DNA of 64,000 bases from Flectonema sp. DT1601 (lineage: Eukaryota), in the NCBI GenBank assembly GCA_964019425.1, contig OZ025786.1:1364001-1428000 (forward strand), in the 5' to 3' direction. A model generated the notes under the pieces. The model saw only the letters and a program-made list of their open reading frames with translations, made no database searches and had not been told where the DNA came from. Both the position numbers and the translations under genes were made by a program. Shown one piece after another: positions 1 through 11,971 of the stretch. Position 1 is the first letter of the stretch, and each line of letters opens with the position of its first letter.

Positions 1-49
1 TAAATAAATAAAAAGAATAAAAAAAACGACCTGTGACCACGCACCACCG

Positions 50-343
50 ATGCAAAAGGGACCAAGGGTCAAATGTGACTTCTGCCGTAGATTGCTACAA
101 CGGAAATGGCTCAGGAGCAGATGCACGAAGTGCCAGATAACCACCTGCCGCAGGTGCTGGACCGCCGGAGAGAAGAATGCCACCAGAGCCTTGGCTCACC
201 CAGACGGTACGCCAAGACACGGGAGGACGAGGTCGTGCCCGTCCCCAGCCGAGAAGACAAAGAAAAAGTTATCACCATACAGTTCCGCGGACTCAGAGAA
301 GACCAACCTGAGTCCGGGGAAGAGACTTAAAGACGACTGCTGA
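50..343 (+). pseudogene. Short ORF with a Cys-rich zinc-finger-like motif, probably a mobile-element fragment
   Basis: CDFC-x11-CTKC-x4-CRRC spacing in a GC-richer island embedded in the repeat zone; family not identifiable. Confidence 0.25.
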
Positions 344-977
344 GATCTGTGGGTGTACTCACACGTCCCCTCCCCCTCCTCCTCCCCCACCCCCCCCCTT
401 TATACCCACCGGAATAGATAATTTCTTTTAAAAGTGTCACTGTGAGACCACAAAGAAAGCCGCACGTCCTCGGCAAAAAGAAGCCTGAGATGCTGACAAA
501 AAGTCGATCTGTTAGTGAAACCTTGCCACTTAGCTTAGCTCTTCCAAAAACAACCAAGGCGGAACAAGATTGACTGCATCGAAGGTGGAAACCGACAGCG
601 TGCGAAGAAGAAAAAAGTAAAAGACTTAGGTAAAGCATACAACAGGTTATTAGGGAATAACCGCCGTCACATGGAAGAGTGATGAGTAAACCAGGGGCAA
701 TAATTACAACTTGGTCCACCGGGCTGGTGACAATGTTCCAACGTAGCATGCTAGGGCTAAGACAAGAGATGCGCCTGACGCGGGTGGAGTAGAGTCTTGT
801 TATATTTTGGAGCGCAACGTTTTCGAACTACCCACAATATACCCGTCAGGAGGCAACTTGTACTTGGCTTACAATTTTAAAGACTACCAGTTTTCTCAGA
901 TAGAATTCCAGCAGACAAAGAAAAGTAAAAGAACTGTACTAGCATGTGGTTTCTTCCCGGCATCTTCGCTTCGGCGA

Positions 978-998
978 AAAAAAAATAAAAAAAAAAAA

Positions 999-1052
<54 letters not shown>

Positions 1053-1449
1053 TTAAACAATGTTATCATTGTTTTTTTTTATCGATCGACTATGTCGATT
1101 ACTTTCTATTTTCCGTCCTGGTCAGGACGCTAAACTGATTGTTTTTTCTTTAAAAAATAAATAAAAAGAATAAAAAAAAAAAAAAAAAAAAAAAGAATAA
1201 ACAATGTTATCATTGTTTTGTTATCGATTGACTTTGTCGACTAATTTCTATTTTCCGTCCTGGTCAAGACGCTAAACTGATTGTTTTTTCTTTAAAAATA
1301 AATAAAAAGAATAAAAAAAAAAAGAAAAAAGGAATAAACAATGTTATCATTGTTTTTATTTTATCGATCGACTATGTCGATTACTTTCTATTTTCCGTCC
1401 TGGTCAAGACGCTAAACTGATTGTTTTTTCTTTAAAAAATAATAAGAAG

Positions 1450-1482
<33 letters not shown>

Positions 1483-1594
1483 ATAAACAATGTTATCATT
1501 GTTTTTTTATCGATCGACTATGTCGATCACTTTCTATTTTTCGTCCTGGTCAAGACGCTAAACTGATTGTTTTTTCTTTAAAAATAATAAAAAG

Positions 1595-1629
<35 letters not shown>

Positions 1630-2555
1630 TAAACAATGTTATCATTGTTTTTTTTTATCGATCGACTATGTCGATCACTTTCTATTTTCCGTCCTGGTCA
1701 AGACGCTAAACTGATTGTTTTTTTTCAAAATTAATAAAAAAGAATACAAAAAAAAATAAAAAAAAAAGAATAAACAATGTTATCATTGTTTTTTTTTATC
1801 GATCGACTATGTCGATCACTTTCTATTTTCCGTCCTGGTCAAGACGCTAAACTGATTGTTTTTTTTTTCAAAATTAATAAAAAAGAATAAAAAAAAAAAT
1901 AAAAAAAAAAGAATAAACAATGTTATCATTGTTTTTTTTTTTTTATTGTTCGATTTTGTTGACTAATTTCTATTTTCCGTTTTTTTTTCTTTTTAAAATA
2001 AATAAAAAGAATTTAAAAAAAAAAAAAAAAAAAAGAATAAACAATGTTATCATTGTTTTTTTTTCATCGATCGACTATGTCGATTACTTTCTATTTTCCG
2101 TCCCGGTCAAGACGCTAAACTGATTGTTTTTTTTTCAAAACTAATAAAAAAGAATATAAAAAAAAAACAAAAACAAAAAGAATAAACAATGTTATCATTG
2201 TTTTTTTTTTATCGTTCGACTTTGTCGACTAATTTTTATTTTCCGTTTTTTTTTCTTTAAAAATAAATAAAAAGAATTTAAAAAAAAAAAAAAAAAAAAA
2301 GAATAAACAATGTTATCATTGTTTTTTATCGATCGACTATGTCGATCACTTTCTATTTTCCGTCCTGGTCAAGACGCTAAACTGATTGTTTTTTCTTTAA
2401 AATAATAAAAAGGATTAAAAAAAAAAAAAAAAAAAAAAAAAAGAATAAACAATGTTATCATTGTTTTTTATCGATCGACTATGTCGATCACTTTCTATTT
2501 TCCGTCCTGGTCAAGACGCTAAACTGATTGTTTTTTCTTTAAAAAATAATTAAAA

Positions 2556-2588
<33 letters not shown>

Positions 2589-2848
2589 ATTAATCAATGT
2601 TATCATTGTTTTTTTATCGATCGACTATGTCGATCACTTTCAATTTTCCGTCCTGGTCAGGACGCTAAACTGATTGTTTTTTCTTTAAAAATAAATGAAA
2701 AGAACAAAAAAAAAAAAAAAAAAAAAAAAAGGAATAAACAATGTTATCATTGTTTTTTTTTTTATCGATCGACTATGTCGATTACTTTCTATTTTCCGTC
2801 CTGGTCAAGACGCTAAACTGATTGTTTTTTCTTTAAAATAATTAAAAG

Positions 2849-2881
<33 letters not shown>

Positions 2882-2989
2882 ATAAACAATGTTATCATTG
2901 TTTTTTTTCTATCGATCGACTATGTCGATTAATTTCTATTTTCCGTCCTGATCGAGACGCTAAACTGATTGTTTCCTTTTTTTTAAATA

Positions 2990-3021
<32 letters not shown>
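978..3021 (+). repeat. Tandem array of ~100-125 bp hairpin-rich units separated by poly-A
   Basis: Unit GAATAAACAATGTTATCATTGTTT-ATCGATCGACTATGTCGAT-TTTCTATTTTCCGTCCTGGTCAAGACGCTAAACTGATTGTTT repeated roughly 16-17 times. Confidence 0.97.
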
Positions 3022-3025
<4 letters not shown>

Positions 3026-3872
3026 ATCTCCCTGCTATCCTCATATCCCCACAATAATATTACTGAAAAGCGAAATATTCTCGCGGGGAAATATTCTTGC
3101 GGGGAAATATTCCCGCGGGGAAATATTCTCGCGGATTTGGAGATTTTTTTTCAAACTCGCGGGTTTTTCCCCACAAGAATATTTCCCTGCCACAGAAGAT
3201 TTTTGTGAAAGCCAGCCAGTTGATCAAGAATCTAAGAAATCTTTGTGCTTCCATCGAGTGTCAGGTAGAACAATGCATTATTTACCAAGCGAACACAATA
3301 AAATACTACCATACTGCACAATAAAAATAATTTCTGCTGAAACTTTCCTTCATAGCACACATATTTTCTTCACAAAAAAGAACAAAAAAAAATGGCTAGA
3401 AGAAAAGTATGCTTGCAGGGAAATATTCCCGCGGGGAAATATTCTCGCGGATTCAGAAAAAATAATAAAAACTCGCGGGTTTTTCCCCACAAGAATATTT
3501 CCCTTTACAGTATACCTTTTCATTTTCTCTTTCCTTTTCTGGTCTTTTTTTTTCTTTTTTTCCTTTTTCATACAACGTTTTTTATTTATTTATTTATTTT
3601 TTTTTTTTTTTCATGTTTGATTATTTCCTCTTCATATTTTTTTTTTTTTTCTATTCTTTCTTTTTTTTTTTTTTTTTTTCTCTGCCTCTCTCTCAATTCT
3701 GTTCGTTTCTTTGAAATGAAAATTCATTTGAATATTATTCCTTGGTCAGCAACCATCATTGTCGCCCTTTGGGCCTGTTAAAAAAAAAAATAAAAATAAA
3801 AAGAAAGTTTACATCGGGAATAGGGCAGGAGCCAAAAGCTCCCAGTCCGTTACTTCCCACTTATCGAAATTC
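3022..3872 (+). mobile_element. Terminal block of the tandem-repeat module, copy 1 (interrupted by a MITE)
   Basis: GAGCATCTCCCTGCTATCC...GGGAATAGGGCAGGAGCCAAAAGCTCCCAGTCCGTTACTTCCCAC(T)TTATCGAAATTC; five further copies in the window. Confidence 0.85.
3063..3510. mobile_element. Non-autonomous MITE with TA TSD (Tc1/mariner/pogo-like)
   Basis: CTG...CAG inverted ends, 17-bp subterminal repeats GAAATATTCYYGCGGGG, TA on both sides; the empty site AATAATAT-TA-TACCTT is present in other module copies (e.g. ~8565-8580). Confidence 0.9.
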
Positions 3873-4167
3873 AACCCTAACGATGATTTGGCAAATAACA
3901 AACCTTGAGGGCATCATTGCGTTGCTACGCTGCACCACGTTGGTAGTATTTAAAAGTTAACAAAGCCTTAAAAAAAATTGAGTAACAGCGAGACGAACAG
4001 ATGCAAGCAGCCTAGCGAATGCAAGTCTGCAATCATACCACTCGACAAATTGCGTCGTCTTCGATTTTGCGGATTTAAACACATATCCAGGGGTCAAAAA
4101 AGTTACACAAGGCCGTGACCGTAGTGTACGTTTCCCCAAACCTGGGGGTGGATCTGTAGGTTTTCCC
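3873..4167. mobile_element. Truncated end of a Mutator-like element
   Basis: Ends GTGGATCTGTAGGTTTTCCC, resembling the terminus GTGGAATTAGAGGTTTTCCC of the 5318-6680 element; the other end is missing. Confidence 0.5.
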
Positions 4168-5048
4168 TAAAAAAAAAGGAATAAACAATGTTATCATTGT
4201 TTTTTTTTATCGATCGACTTTGTCGACTAATTTCTATTTTCCGTCCTGGTCAAGACGCTAAACTGATTATTTTTTTCTTTAAAAAATAAATAAAAAGAAT
4301 AAAAAAAAAAAAAAAAAAATGAATAAACAATGTTATCATTGTTTCTTATCAATCGACTTTGTCGACTAATTTCTATTTTCCGTCCTGGTCAAGACGCTAA
4401 ACTGATTATTTTTTTCTTTAAAAAATAAATAAAAAGAATAAAAAAAAAAAAAAAAAATGAATAAACAATGTTATCATTGTTTCTTATCGATCGACTTTGT
4501 CGACTAATTTCTATTTTCCGTCCTCAAGACGCTAAACTGATTGTTTTTTCTTTTAAAAAATAAATAAAAGATATAAAAAAAAAAAAAAAAAAAAAGAAAT
4601 AAACAATGTTATCATTGTTTTTTTTATCGATCGACTTTGTCAATTACTGTCTACTTTCCGTCCTGGTCAAGACGCTAAACTGATTGTTTTTTTTTTTTAA
4701 AAATAAATAAAAGAATAAACAATGTTATCATTGTTTTTTTTTATAGTTCGACTTTGTCGACTAATTTCTATTTTCCGTTTTTTTTTCTTTAAAAAATAAA
4801 TAAAAAGAATTTAAAAATAAAAAAAAAGAATAAACAATGTTATCATTGTTTTTTATCGATCGACTATGTCGATCACTTTCTATTTTCCGTCCTGGTCAAG
4901 ACGCTAAACTGATTGTTTTTTTTTTTTCAAAATTAATAAAATAAAAAAAATAAAAAAAAAGAATAAACAATGTTATCATTGTTTTTTTTTTTTTATCGTT
5001 CGACTTTGTTGACTAATTTCTATTTTCCGTTTTTTTTCTTTTTAAAAA
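4168..5048 (+). repeat. Tandem array of hairpin-rich units
   Basis: Same unit as 978-3021. Confidence 0.95.
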
Positions 5049-5243
5049 GAATTCGATAGAGTGGGAAGTAACGGACTGGGAGCTTTTGGCTCCTGCCCTA
5101 TTCCCGATGTAAACTTTCTTTTTATTTTTTTTTTTTTTTTTTTAACAGGCCCAGAGGGCGACAATGACTGTTGCTGACCAAGGAATAATATTCAAATGAA
5201 TTTTCGTTTCAAAGAAACGAACAGAATTAAGAGAGAGGCAGAG

Positions 5244-5274
<31 letters not shown>

Positions 5275-6834
5275 AAAAATATGAAGAGGAAATAATCAAA
5301 CATGAAAAAAATAAAAAGGGAAAAACTATAATTCCACAAAAAAGTTTCTGAAATGTCCGATCTCAACATGAAAGTTTCCGAAATGGACAGCTCCACACAA
5401 AAAAGTTTCCGAAATGGACAGCTCCACACAAAATAGTTTCCGAAACGGACAGCTCCACACACGAAAGTTTCCGAAATGGACAGCTGTTTTTTTTTTTTTT
5501 ATAGCTTACTGCCAGTGCATTTCGGGGTCGCCCAAAGTCATGGGGATTTTTTTTTCTCCCAAAAAAAATTTTTTTTCCTACGTAAGGCAAGGCCATCCGA
5601 CGAGATGAGTGAAATACATCGAACCTGTGTGACCTGGGCCTAGGCCTGACTGCGCCCCTGGATCGGCATAGCTCGGTATGTGTGCAGGGCCAGGTATAGG
5701 GATGGACGAATTTCGGGTAGAGACACCCGACTTGTCAGCTCATACAACCATGAGAATTCAGAGTGTATTAAAATACTAGAGGTGCATCACAAGCGTCAGA
5801 TAGGAGACAAGAGAAATCCAACATCATGAATCTTTAGAAGAGTGATACAGCTCGGTATGTGTGCAGGGCCGGGTCACCTACGCAGAGACAAGTCTCCGCT
5901 ACACGTCGTACCAACCAAGATGAGGTATGAGAGCGCAAAAACCAAGTGTACATGATCAGCGGCCTAGGGCTTGACATGAATAGCTGTGGAGTGGCGAAAC
6001 CATTTAGTGTTCTCAAGTCTGAGATCACCTCACTGAGCCACACAGTACTGTCCTTTCGGAGTTTCTGTGAAAGTAGCCCACGGAACACTTTTCTAAAGAT
6101 TCAATCAGCCGAACTACTCCGCTACTAACTTTCACTTGATTAGCGAGCTACTAGTATATATTATTATGTCACCTGTTGAAAAGGGAGTACTAAGAGGTTG
6201 ATTCAGGCCCTGCACGTATTAGTTGTAATTACAGCACTTGCTTTACCTTAAATTACTCCTTCCCTCATTGAACCAACCCATCTCGGCCATCCCGGTGTAT
6301 TTGGGAACGAAGAAAAACCTTGTTTTCTTACCGAACAGCGAAAAATCCGAATATCACTTTCAGTGAATAGCGAAAGAAGAACCTTTCCGTTTACTGAACA
6401 GCGAAAATGAAATTACCTACCATAGCAATTTTATGCGGGAAAAAAAAAGTTGTTCACTAGCGAAAAGTTTTTTTGGGTGCAGGCAACGGAGAAAAAAAAA
6501 AAAAAAAATTCATTTTGCCAACAAAAAAAAATTTTTTTTTTTTTGCTGTCCATTTCGGAAACTTTTGTGTGTGGAGCTGTCCATTTCGGAAACTATTTTG
6601 TGTGGAGCTGTCCGTTTCGGAAACTTTCATGTTGAAATCGGACATTTCAGTAACATTTACGTGGAATTAGAGGTTTTCCCAAATAAAAAAAAAAAAAAAT
6701 AAAATATAAATAAAAAACGTTGTATGAAAAAGGAAAAAAAGGAAAAAAAAAAAAAAAAAAAGATCAGAAAAGGAAAGAGAAAATGAAAAGGTATAATATT
6801 ATTGTGGGGATATGAGGATAGCAGGGAGATGCTC
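5049..6834 (-). mobile_element. Terminal block of the tandem-repeat module, inverted copy (split by a MULE-like element)
   Basis: Reverse complement of the block at 5049-5317 and 6681-6834. Confidence 0.85.
5318..6680. mobile_element. Non-autonomous Mutator (MULE)/foldback-like element, ~1.36 kb, copy 1
   Basis: Long imperfect TIRs starting GGGAAAA, 27-bp subterminal repeats AAAGTTTCCGAAATGGACAGCTCCACAC, 9-bp TSD AAATAAAAA; near-identical copy at 45803-47158. Confidence 0.88.
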
Positions 6835-8359
6835 TTTTTTTTTTTTTTTTTTTTTTTTTTATTTATTATTTAAAAAAAGAAACAATCAGTTTAGCGTCTC
6901 GATCGGGACGGAAAATAGAAATTAATCGACATAGTCGATCGATAGAAAAAAAAACAATGATAACATTGTTTATTCTTTTTTTTTTTTTTTTTTTTTTAAA
7001 TCCTTTTAATTATTTTAAAGAAAAAACAATCAGTTTAGCGTCTTGACCAGGACGGAAAATAGAAAGTGATCGACATAGTCGATCGATAAAAAAACAATGA
7101 TAACATTGTTTATTCTTTTTTTTTTTTTTTTTTAAATTCTTATTATTTATTTTTTAAAGAAAAAAAAACGGAAAATAAAAATTAGTCGACAAAGTCGAAC
7201 GATAAAAAAAAACAATGATAACATTGTTTATTCTTTTTTTTTATTTTTTTTATATTTTTTTTTTAATTAATTTTGAAAAAAAAACAATCAGTTTAGCGTC
7301 TTGACCAGGACGGAAAATAGAAAGCGATCGACATAGTCGATCGATAAGAAAACAATGAAAACATTGTTTATTCTTTTTTTTTATTTTAAATTCTTTTTAT
7401 TTATTTTTTAAAGAAAAAAAACGGAAAATAGAAATTAGTCGACAAAGTCGAACGATAAAAAAAAACAATGATAACATTGTTTATTCTTTTTTTTGTATTT
7501 TTTTTATATTCTTTTTTATTAATTTTGAAAAAAAAAAAAAAAAACAATCAGTTTAGCGTCTTGACCAGGACGGAAAATAGAAAGTGATCGACATAGTCGA
7601 TCGATAAAAAAAACAATGATAATATTGTTTATTCTTTTTTTTTTTTTTTTTTTTAAATTCTTTTTATTTATTTTTTAAAGAAAAAAATGGAAAATAGAAA
7701 TAAATAAAAAGAATTTAAAAAAAAAAAAAAAAAGAATAAACAATGTTATCATTGTTTTTTTTATCGATCGACTATGTCGATCACTTTCTATTTTCCGTCC
7801 TGGTCAAGACACTAAACTGATTGTTTTTTTTTTTCAAAATTAATAAAAAAGAATATAAAAAAAATACAAAAAAAAGAATAAACAATGTTATCATTGTTTT
7901 TTTTTATCGTTCGACTTTGTCGACTAATTTCTATTTTCCGTTTTTTTTCTTTAAAAAATAAATAAAAAGAATTTAAAATAAAAAAAAAGAATAAACAATG
8001 TTTTCATTGTTTTCTTATCGATCGACTATGTCGATCGCTTTCTATTTTCCGTCCTGGTCAAGACGCTAAACTGATTGTTTTTTTTTCAAAATTAATTAAA
8101 AAAAAAATATAAAAAAAATAAAAAAAAAGAATAAACAATGTTATCATTGTTTTTTTTTATCGTTCGACTTTGTCGACTAATTTTTATTTTCCGTTTTTTT
8201 TTCTTTAAAAAATAAATAATAAGAATTTAAAAAAAAAAAAAAAAAAGAATAAACAATGTTATCATTGTTTTTTTATCGATCGACTATGTCGATCACTTTC
8301 TATTTTCCGTCCTGGTCAAGACGCTAAACTGATTGTTTTTTCTTTAAAATAATTAAAAG

Positions 8360-8393
<34 letters not shown>

Positions 8394-8533
8394 AATAAAC
8401 AATGTTATCATTGTTTTTTTTTCTATCGATCGACTATGTCGATTAATTTCTATTTTCCGTCCCGATCGAGACGCTAAACTGATTGTTTCTTTTTTTAAAT
8501 AATAAATAAAAAAAAAAAAAAAAAAAAAAAAAA
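6835..8533. repeat. Tandem arrays arranged as an inverted repeat (minus units ~6835-7700, plus units ~7700-8533)
   Basis: Unit orientation flips at ~7690-7700 and the arms share rare variants. Confidence 0.9.
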
Positions 8534-8947
8534 GAGCATCTCCCTGCTATCCTCATATCCCCACAATAATATTATACCTTTTCATTTTCTCTTTCCTTTT
8601 CTGGTCTTTTTTTTTTTTTTTCTTTCTTTTTTTTTCCTTTTTCATACAACGTTTTTTATTTATATTTTATTTTTTTTATTTTTTATTTTTTTCATGTTTG
8701 TTTATTTCCTCTTCATATTTTTTCTCTTTTCTTTCTTTTTTTTTCTTTTTTTTTCTCTGCCTCTCTCTTAATTCTGTTCGTTTCTTTGAAACGAAAATTC
8801 ATTTGAATATTATTCCTTGGTCAACCATCATTGTCGCCCTTTGGGCCTGTTAAAAAAAAAAAAAAAAAAAAAAAAAGAAAGTTTACATCGGGAATAGGGC
8901 AGGAGCCAAAAGCTCCCAGTCCGTTACTTCCCACTTTATCGAAATTC
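8534..8947 (+). mobile_element. Terminal block of the tandem-repeat module (uninterrupted copy)
   Basis: Full GAGCATCTCCC...ATCGAAATTC block. Confidence 0.85.
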
Positions 8948-9515
8948 AAAAAAAAAAAAAAAAAAAAATGAATAAACAATGTTATCATTGTTTCATATCG
9001 ATCGACTTTGTCGACTAATTTCTATTTTCCGTCCTGGTCAGGACGCTAAACTGATTGTTTTTTCTTTAAAAAATAAATAAAAAGATAAAAAAAAAAAAAA
9101 AAAAGGAATAAACAATGTTATCATTGTTTTTTTTATCGATCGACTATGTCGATTACTTTCTATTTTCCGTCCTGGTCAGGACGCTAAACTGAATGTTTTT
9201 TCTTTAAAAATAAATAAAAAGTTAAAAAAAAAAAAAAAAAAAAAGGATTAAACAATGTTATCATTGTTTTTTTTTATCGATCGACTATGTCGATTACTTT
9301 CTATTTTCCGTCCTGGTCAAGACGCTAAACTGATTGTTTTTTCTTTAAAATAATTAAAAGGATTTAAAAAAAAAAAAAAAAAAAAAGAATAAACAATGTT
9401 ATCATTGTTTTTTTTTCTATCGATCGACTATGTCGATTAATTTCTATTTTCCGTCCTGATCGCTAAACTGATTGTTTCCTTTTTTTTAAATAATAAATTA
9501 AAAAAAAAAAAAATA
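8948..9515 (+). repeat. Tandem array of hairpin-rich units
   Basis: Same unit; continues into the terminal block at 11547 once the 9516-11519 insertion is removed. Confidence 0.9.
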
Positions 9516-9568
9516 GGGTAAAGGGGTCTTTCCTACACAAATAGTTTCAGAACTAACCATTCATTACA

Positions 9569-10391
9569 TCGTCCTGGTCAAGACGCTAAACTGATTGTTT
9601 TTTTTTTTTTTCAAAATTAATAAAAAAGAATATAAAAAAAATACAAAAAAAAGAATAAACAATGTTATCATTGTTTTTTTTTATCGTTCGACTTTGTCGA
9701 CTAATTTCTATTTTCCGTTTTTTTTTCTTTAAAAAATAAATAAAAAGAATTTAAAATAAAAAAAAAGAATAAACAATATTATCATTGTTTTCTTATCGAT
9801 CGACTATGTCGATCGCTTTCTATTTTCCGTCCTGGTCAAGACGCTAAACTGATTGTTTTTTTTTTCAAAATTAATTAAAAAAAATATAAAAAAAATAAAA
9901 AAAAAGAATAAACAATGTTATCATTGTTTTTTTACCGTTCGACTTTGTCGACTAATTTCTATTTTCCGTTTTTTTTTCTTTAAAAAATAAATAAAAAGAA
10001 TTTAAAAAAAAAAAAAAAGATTAAACAATGTTATCATTGTTTTTTTATCGATCGACTATGTCGATTACTTTCTATTTTCCGTCCTGGTCAAGACGCTAAA
10101 CTGATTGTTTTTTTTTTCAAAATTAATAAAAAAGAATATAAAAAAAAAACAAAAAAAAAAAGAATAAACAATGTTATCATTGTTTTTTTTTTATCGTTCG
10201 ACTTTGTCGACTAATTTTTATTTTCCGTTTTTTTTTCTTTAAAAAATAAATAATAAGAATTTAAAAAAAAAAAAAAAAGAATAAACAATGTTATCATTGT
10301 TTTTTTATCGATTGACTATGTCGATCACTTTCTATTTTCCGTCCTGGTCAAGACGCTAAACTGATTGTTTTTTCTTTAAAATAATTAAAAG

Positions 10392-10425
<34 letters not shown>

Positions 10426-10753
10426 AATAAACAATGTTATCATTGTTTTTTTTTCTATCGATCGACTATGTCGATTAATTTCTATTTTTCGTCCCGATCG
10501 AGACGCTAAACTGATTGTTTCCTTTTTTTTAAATAATAAATAAAAAAAAAAAAAAAAAGAGCATCTCCCTGCTATCCTCATATCCCCACAATAATATTAT
10601 ACCTTTTCATTTTCTCTTTCCTTTTCTGGTCTTTTTTTTTTTTTCTTCTTTTTTTTCCTTTTTCATACAACGTTTTTTATTTATATTTTATTTTTTTTTT
10701 TATTTTTTTCATGTTTGATTATTTCCTCTTCATATTTTTTTTTTTTTTTTTTC

Positions 10754-10786
<33 letters not shown>

Positions 10787-10977
10787 TCTCTGCCTCTCTC
10801 TTAATTCTGTTCGTTTCTTTGAAACGAAAATTCATTTGAATATTATTCCTTGGTCAGCAACAGTCATTGTCGCCCTCTGGGCCTGTTAAAAAAAATAAAA
10901 ATAAAAAGAAAGTTTACATCGGGAATAGGGCAGGAGCCAAAAGCTCCCAGTCCGTTACTTCCCACTCTATCGAATTC
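9569..10977 (+). mobile_element. Complete insertion of the tandem-repeat module (array plus terminal block), no TSD
   Basis: Removing 9569-10977 restores the host MITE left TIR segment CATTACAAAATCC exactly as in the right TIR. Confidence 0.85.
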
Positions 10978-11324
10978 AAATCCAAAATGGCTGTAAACCG
11001 TCCAGTTCGATCCTGGGTGAGGGCATTTTTTTTTTTTCCTGATTTTTTTTTCAGGTTGGACTTTGTACGGGGAGGTTGGCTTTTATTAGTGGCTCCCCCC
11101 CCTTGGGGGGGGTTGGGGGGGGGGCTTGCACTCTTCCCAGCTTAATATCCATTAGTAGCAAATTTATTTTTTAAGGTTGGACTTTGTACGGACAGGCAGA
11201 CTTTGTACGGGAGAGGTTGGCTTTTATTAGTGGCTCCCCCCCCTTGGGGGGGGTTGGGGGGGGGGCTTGCACTATACCCCAGCTTAATACCTATTCTGGG
11301 TGAAAAAATCCGGTGAAAAAAAAA

Positions 11325-11397
11325 TGACGTTGGTCGGGATTGAGCCTGGGCGTCGGGTATCCAAAGTCAGTGCTCCCTCCGCTGAACCACATCCGCT
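11325..11397 (-). pseudogene. tRNA-derived (pseudo-tRNA / SINE-head-like) segment inside the MITE
   Basis: Minus strand: A-box-like TGGTTCAGCGG, anticodon-arm-like CTGACTTTGGAT, B-box-like GGCTCAATCCC, then a T run; stems pair poorly. Confidence 0.5.
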
Positions 11398-11546
11398 CTT
11401 AAAGACAGGTGCGGGTCTCGATGCATCCCATATACAGTTTTTGGGTCCCCCAGCCATTTTGGATTTTGTAATGAATGGTTAGTTCTGAAACTATTTGTGT
11501 AGTAAACACTAGTTTGCCCAAAAAAATATAAAAAAAAAAAAAAAAA

Positions 11547-11971
11547 GAGCATCTCCCTGCTATCCCTCATATCCCCACAATAATATTATACCTTTTCATT
11601 TTCTCTTTCCTTTTCTGGTCTTTTTTTTTTTTTTTTTTTTTTTTTTTTCTTTTTTTTCCTTTTTCATACAACGTTTTTTTATTTATATATTTTTTTTTTT
11701 TTTTTTTTTTTCATGTTTGTTTATTTCCTCTTCATATTTTTTTTCTTTTTTCTTTTCTTTCTTTTTTTTTCTTTTTTTTCTCTGCCTCTCTCTTAATTCT
11801 GTTCGTTTCTTTGAAACGAAAATTCATTTGAATATTATTCCTTGGTCAGCAACCATCATTGTCGCCCTTTGGGCCTGTTAAAAAAAATAAAAAATAAAAA
11901 GAAAGTTTACATCGGGAATAGGGCAGGAGCCAAAAGCTCCCAGTCCGTTACTTCCCACTTTATCGAAATTC
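11547..11971 (+). mobile_element. Terminal block of the tandem-repeat module, abutting the truncated 5' end of the YR retrotransposon
   Basis: Full block ending ATCGAAATTC at 11971. Confidence 0.85.

Larger units (their letters stand above)
9516..11519. mobile_element. Second Mutator-like MITE (~0.6 kb net) carrying a nested 1.4 kb insertion
   Basis: TIR GGGTAAAGGGGTCTTTCCTACACAAATAGTTTCAGAACTAACCATTCATTACA[insert]AAATCCAAAATGGCTG versus its inverse at ~11452-11519; 9-bp TSD AAAAAAATA. Confidence 0.85.

Noticed and set aside
978..3021. Hammerhead ribozyme / retrozyme in the repeat unit
   Set aside because: No CTGANGA plus GAAA core in the right arrangement on either strand (only CTGATTG)
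3873..3880. Telomeric repeat AACCCTAA after the module end
   Set aside because: Single unit only; the other module ends are not followed by it
5834..6128. ORFs inside the MULE-like element (also 46283-46537)
   Set aside because: Short, no transposase motif; conservation is explained by recent copying
978..10558. CRISPR-like array
   Set aside because: Sequence between the palindromic repeats is only poly-A/T, not unique spacers; no cas genes; eukaryotic context
11325..11397. Functional tRNA gene
   Set aside because: Acceptor and anticodon stems do not pair properly; lies within a MITE
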